Origin: Escherichia coli | GTDB lineage: Bacteria > Pseudomonadota > Gammaproteobacteria > Enterobacterales > Enterobacteriaceae | Assembly: GCF_024298765.1 (NCBI RefSeq) | Contig: NZ_CP101220.1 | DNA length: 2,337 bases | Strand: one strand, 5' to 3' | In this document: in pieces, positions 1 through 2,337 of the stretch | Layout: the number at the start of each line of letters is the position of its first letter | Position numbering within the stretch: the first letter of the stretch is position 1 | Program-made: the position numbers and the translations under genes | Notes under the pieces: generated by a model | Told to the model about the DNA's origin: nothing | The model's database searches: none | Seen by the model: only the letters and a program-made list of their open reading frames with translations

Positions 1-133
1 CGTCGAAAAGTTGCAGCGGAAAATGGGACAGGATGTGTATTCGTCATACCGCGAATACATTCGCTTGCATGAGAATACCTCCTGTCAGGGCAAGCCCCGA
101 CACCCCAAACGTGCAAAATGGAGAATCATTGCG

Positions 134-559
134 ATGACTAAAAATAAGCGTAGCGGTTCAGAAGTACGGCAGAGGACTAAGGTTATCACCCTTAGAGTAA
201 ATAACAGAATCGCAAACGAAATCAGACGGCGAGCGAAGAGCGAAGGGCTGACTATTTCAGAATATATAAGGACAACAAGCTTAAATAATGAAATAAAACA
301 GCGCGTTCCTTCCAGATATTTAGATGAATTAATCCAACTTGGTCGGATGCAGAAGAAATTATTTGATAAAGGGAAGAGACCGAAGGACAAAGAGTATCTG
401 GATGTGATGCATAAAATAATTTCACTTTGTGCTGAAATGAAAGAAGTAACACAGCGAATTTCTGATATATATAAAAAAATGGATTTAATAAAAGAAGAAA
501 TAAAAGCAATAAAAAAAATACATAAAAATAAATACCCAGGTTCCAACTTATTTAATTGA
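134..559 (+). CDS. mobC: MobC-family ribbon-helix-helix relaxosome accessory (plasmid mobilization) protein, 141 aa from ATG 134; same frame is open to window start (alternative starts TTG 11, ATG 23)
   Basis: ORF-track frame 11..559. GGAGA at 120-124 sits 9 nt before ATG 134. Translation contains RTKVITLRVNNRIANEIRRRAKSEGLTISEYIRTTSL, matching the MobC-type RHH pattern (basic N-terminus, beta-strand, then helices with a G-L-[ST]-x-S-E-Y-[IL]-R motif), followed by a Lys/Glu-rich probable coiled-coil tail. Family assignment is from motif recall, not a search. Confidence 0.55.
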   Translation: MTKNKRSGSEVRQRTKVITLRVNNRIANEIRRRAKSEGLTISEYIRTTSLNNEIKQRVPSRYLDELIQLGRMQKKLFDKGKRPKDKEYLDVMHKIISLCAEMKEVTQRISDIYKKMDLIKEEIKAIKKIHKNKYPGSNLFN

Positions 560-567
560 GCAGAACA

Positions 568-595
568 TAGGTCTTCATAAAAATTTAAAGACCTA
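568..595. terminator. Perfect 8-bp inverted repeat TAGGTCTT-N12-AAGACCTA between the convergent mobC-like and rep-like genes; possible bidirectional terminator or protein-binding site
   Basis: Arms 568-575 and 588-595, loop 576-587. Sits in the 89-bp gap between the two convergent stop codons. No strong U-tract on either side, so terminator function is uncertain. Confidence 0.25.
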
Positions 596-648
596 TAATA
601 GAATTAGCGACATTTTGTTTTATCGAAATCTTTTACAATCATAAGAAA

Positions 649-1068
649 TTAATCCGTTTTTTTCGGGGCTATCGTCACTGTTGAATCAATCCCTTCATTA
701 CTGTAAGTTGTTGTCCATACTATCTTTTGTACTTTCGCCCAATCAACTTTAACTGCGTATTTTTTATTAACCAAAAATTCATTTCTGGCTATTCTAGAAA
801 TTAAACATGACTCAATCAGTTGAGACACATTATTATTAAATGTTTGTGGTTTAATTGAATGTTCTGATAAAAACTTTTCTTTGGTTCTTGGTCCAAATGA
901 AACAACATTATCAGTATTCATATTAGCAAGCATGAACGTAAAAATTTTGTATTGCGTTGCTGATAGCCCTTTAACACGGCATAAATCACGGATATACAGC
1001 TTCACGAACTCCGGCTCTTCCAAAATTACGCCAGTTTTTTGATCTAAAAATTTCGCTCCCATTCTCAC
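649..1068 (-). CDS. Small winged-helix-like DNA-binding protein (139 aa); putative iteron-binding replication initiator or copy-control/origin-binding protein
   Basis: ORF-track ORF 649..1068 (-). SD-like GAGGTGAGA lies just upstream of the start on the minus strand; a second in-frame ATG at 1062 is a possible alternative start. Start codon is about 100 bp from the phased iteron array. Sequence pattern (LSATQYKIFTFMLANM ... FNNNVSQLIESCLISRIARNEF) resembles helix-turn-helix plus wing seen in Rep-initiator N-terminal domains. Function inferred from context; protein is short for a classical Rep. Confidence 0.5.
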   Translation of the reverse strand: MRMGAKFLDQKTGVILEEPEFVKLYIRDLCRVKGLSATQYKIFTFMLANMNTDNVVSFGPRTKEKFLSEHSIKPQTFNNNVSQLIESCLISRIARNEFLVNKKYAVKVDWAKVQKIVWTTTYSNEGIDSTVTIAPKKTD

Positions 1069-1091
1069 CTCGCAGGTAATTTAGTTACCGT

Positions 1092-1120
1092 TTTATCGGT
1101 ATCTTATGTATGTTCCACAA
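1092..1120 (-). promoter_or_regulatory. Candidate sigma70-type promoter for the rep-like gene (minus strand -35 TTGTGG at 1115-1120, 17-bp spacer, -10 GATAAA at 1092-1097)
   Basis: Hexamers read on the minus strand; both are imperfect. Location between the iterons/dyads and the start codon fits an autoregulated rep promoter. Weak. Confidence 0.2.
1111..1119 (+). promoter_or_regulatory. DnaA-box-like 9-mer TGTTCCACA (two mismatches to TTATCCACA)
   Basis: Sequence match only. Position next to iterons is typical for iteron-type origins. A degenerate 9-mer like this can occur by chance. Confidence 0.2.
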
Positions 1121-1163
1121 CCGAGTAAATACTTTTTTTCCGGTATTTGATTAGCAACAAAAA

Positions 1164-1267
1164 CAGTATTCCGGTATTTGAAATACCGCTGAGCGGTATT
1201 TCAACCTCCGCTCAGCGGTAAAAACTTTCCCGCTGAGCGGTATATCTATTCCCGCTGAGCGGTATTT
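1164..1267. repeat. Iteron array: five direct repeats in exact 22-bp phase; four full copies of CCGCTGAGCGGTAT(T/A) starting at 1186, 1208, 1230, 1252, plus a degenerate leading copy carrying CGGTATTT at 1172
   Basis: Direct reading: CCGCTGAGCGGTATTT 1186-1201; CCGCTCAGCGGTAA 1208-1221; CCGCTGAGCGGTATAT 1230-1245; CCGCTGAGCGGTATTT 1252-1267. Start-to-start spacing is exactly 22 bp three times. The CGGTAT core recurs at 1172, 1194, 1216, 1238, 1260. The left half CCGCT-N-AGCGG is itself a dyad. Confidence 0.75.
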
Positions 1268-1363
1268 AGTTTGCCTCTAGGCCTTGTCACACCTGATTTT
1301 CCTATCTGTCTGTGAATCTATCTTAGATCTCGTGCGTAAGTGCACTATGCCAATACTGGTTCC

Positions 1364-1430
1364 CTTCCGCTTCCTCGCCCACTCGCGAGCCTAGCGGCTC
1401 GGTCGCTGGGGCTGCGGCGAGCGGTGCCAC
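1364..1430 (+). other. ColE1/pMB1-type origin-flanking conserved segment, probably a PriA-dependent primosome assembly site (n'-pas / single-strand initiation signal)
   Basis: Window CTTCCGCTTCCTCGCCCACT...GCTCGGTCG...CTGCGGCGAGCGGT versus remembered pBR322/pUC CTTCCGCTTCCTCGCTCACTGACTCGCTGCGCTCGGTCGTTCGGCTGCGGCGAGCGGTATCAGC. Exact blocks of 15 nt (1364-1378) and 14 nt (1412-1425) are shared. Contains hairpin CGAGCC-tagc-GGCTCG (1386-1401). Assignment of this pBR322 region to the pas is from memory. Confidence 0.55.
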
Positions 1431-1905
1431 CTCTCGCATATCGTTGACGATCCCGATTTGATCTCAGGCGATCGAGTCGCTGGCCACCGGTTAAACGCGC
1501 TCAAAGCCTCCCAGACGCACAAAACGCGGGTTAAATGCCCGTCAGGGCATGGAAGGCGCGAAAAACGCTTACAGAGGTTTTCAGAAGGTTAGGCGCGCCG
1601 ATACCCCTAACCAGGGGCTTTCAGGTCGCTAGGAACCGCGCCAGCCCCCTGCAAGGCCCATTTGCACGGAACAGACAGCCACTCGGTTGGTAGGTGGTCG
1701 TAGACCGTCGGTGTTACAGCGATGGGGGTCTGGGGTTCTCCCCAGACGGTTTCCGGTTGCGCTCAAGGCGCTGCCGGAACCGTGGCGGCTTCGATGGTGA
1801 AGGGTGAGCGCGTTTCCAAGAGGTTTTCCAGGCAAGCTATGACTGAACTGAACAGATTGAACGAGGAGGAAACGCGCTCAGACGCTTTGTAGCGCGCTTT
1901 TCTGT
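1431..1905. other. GC-rich, ORF-free, hairpin-dense segment; candidate ColE1-like RNA-primed origin/regulatory RNA region (RNA II preprimer and antisense RNA I analog), or another structured noncoding RNA
   Basis: Sharp rise in GC relative to flanking AT-rich genes. Only ORF is a 68-aa minus-strand Arg/Pro/Gly-rich one typical of GC-rich noncoding DNA. Hairpins seen: ATGCCC-gtca-GGGCAT (1535-1550), CCCCT-aacc-AGGGG (1604-1617), 8-bp stem 1728-1735/1740-1747 with loop TTCT, CCGG..GCGC-tcaag-GCGC..CCGG (1753-1777). Order of motifs loosely parallels pUC ori (e.g. GATACC followed by a CCAGG/CCTGG-type hairpin). No clean RNA II-like promoter was found. Confidence 0.35.
1868..1902 (+). terminator. 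Intrinsic-terminator-like hairpin with T-rich tail (stem CGCGCT 1873-1878 / AGCGCG 1891-1896, 12-nt loop, then CTTTTCT)
   Basis: Seen directly on the + strand at the 3' edge of the GC-rich block. Could be the terminator of an RNA I-like antisense RNA or of another + strand transcript. Loop is fairly large and the U-tract is interrupted. Confidence 0.35.
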
Positions 1906-2337
1906 GTCAGGCAAGTTTGTTGTGTCTTTTGCCTTTCAGGTTGTTAGCAGCTGGCGGAGCACTGCACGGGGATTAATGCTCCCATTGCTAGGATGAAATA
2001 AAGATTAGGAGCGAAGTTAAGTTATATTTTTAATATATAAACGCGATATCAATAACTCACATAGTTATATTTTATGCATATGCTACCATCTTGCTCTTTT
2101 GCCTCCTGCTCTCTGGACGAATCCCGCATTACCAACAGGCAATGGATTATATAACCAAGAAGATCTAATCTTTATTCCTCTAATAATCCACAAACGACAG
2201 ACAACAAAGACATCAATTAATTCGGTGTTATTTATTAAATAACAAGCAATAATTTTTAAAATCTGTGTAAATAATATTGAATGAAGCATCATTTTTTTGT
2301 ATCAGAAATACCAGGTTACGACGCGGTATTTTATTTT

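Larger units (their letters stand above)
1086..1188. other. Origin-proximal dyad elements sharing the iteron half-site: TACCG-N6-CGGTA (1086-1101), CCGGTATTTGA (1140-1150), and palindrome CCGGTATTTGAAATACCG (1171-1188)
   Basis: Seen directly. The palindrome has 8-bp arms (CGGTATTT / AAATACCG) around one central base and overlaps the start of the first full iteron. These lie between the rep-like start codon and the iteron array, consistent with operator/autoregulatory sites. Confidence 0.45.

Noticed and set aside
85-546. 153-aa minus-strand ORF (and nested 85-aa ORF 252..509) antisense to the mobC-like gene
   Set aside because: Lies entirely within the better-supported + strand gene. Translation is low-complexity, hydrophobic and Ser/Phe/Leu/Ile-rich, as expected from the reverse complement of an AT- and Lys-rich gene. 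No motif or ribosome-binding site. Treated as a shadow ORF.
1164-1267. CRISPR array as an explanation for the regular direct repeats
   Set aside because: Repeat period is only 22 bp with essentially no unique spacers between units, only about five copies, and no cas genes. The geometry matches iterons, not CRISPR.
1592-1599. GGCGCGCC (AscI) 8-bp palindrome as a sign of an engineered construct
   Set aside because: A single GC-rich palindrome in a GC-rich block can easily occur naturally. No other cloning-site-like clusters or vector features were seen.
1573-1828. 10-mer direct repeat AGAGGTTTTC at 1573-1582 and 1819-1828
   Set aside because: A single 10-mer repeat somewhere within 2.3 kb is roughly expected by chance. 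Not treated as a feature on its own.
1629-1835. 68-aa minus-strand ORF inside the GC-rich block
   Set aside because: Arg/Pro/Gly-rich composition typical of random ORFs in GC-rich noncoding DNA. No Shine-Dalgarno sequence. Overlaps several strong stem-loops, which are better explained as RNA or origin structure.
1330-1960. Retron msr/msd, group II intron remnant or tRNA/tmRNA as an explanation for the GC-rich structured block
   Set aside because: No reverse-transcriptase or intron-encoded ORF nearby, no recognisable domain V-like motif, and no tRNA-like cloverleaf with an acceptor/T-arm signature that I could read. The homology to the ColE1/pMB1 origin-flanking region points to an origin-associated element instead.
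2083-2292. 69-aa minus-strand ORF in the AT-rich tail
   Set aside because: No ribosome-binding site (A-tract upstream), composition changes abruptly where it enters the GC-rich block, and no recognisable motif. Likely spurious, though I cannot exclude a small protein without a search.

Overview
This window reads as the replication and mobilization backbone of a small, AT-rich plasmid, probably from a Gram-negative host. It holds a MobC-family ribbon-helix-helix gene (134-559, +) and a convergent 139-aa winged-helix-like gene (1068-649, -). Immediately upstream of that gene are five 22-bp iterons in exact phase (1164-1267). Next comes a segment (1364-1430) that matches, from memory, the conserved region flanking the pBR322/pUC (ColE1/pMB1) origin, which I recall as the PriA-dependent primosome assembly site. 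A GC-rich, ORF-free, hairpin-dense block follows (about 1431-1905) and ends in a terminator-like hairpin, then an AT-rich tail with short repeats. The most interesting point is the juxtaposition of an iteron/small-protein module with a ColE1-type origin-flanking segment, which suggests a hybrid or undescribed replicon. All homology statements come from reading the sequence and from memory; no database search or folding was run, and product calls are provisional.
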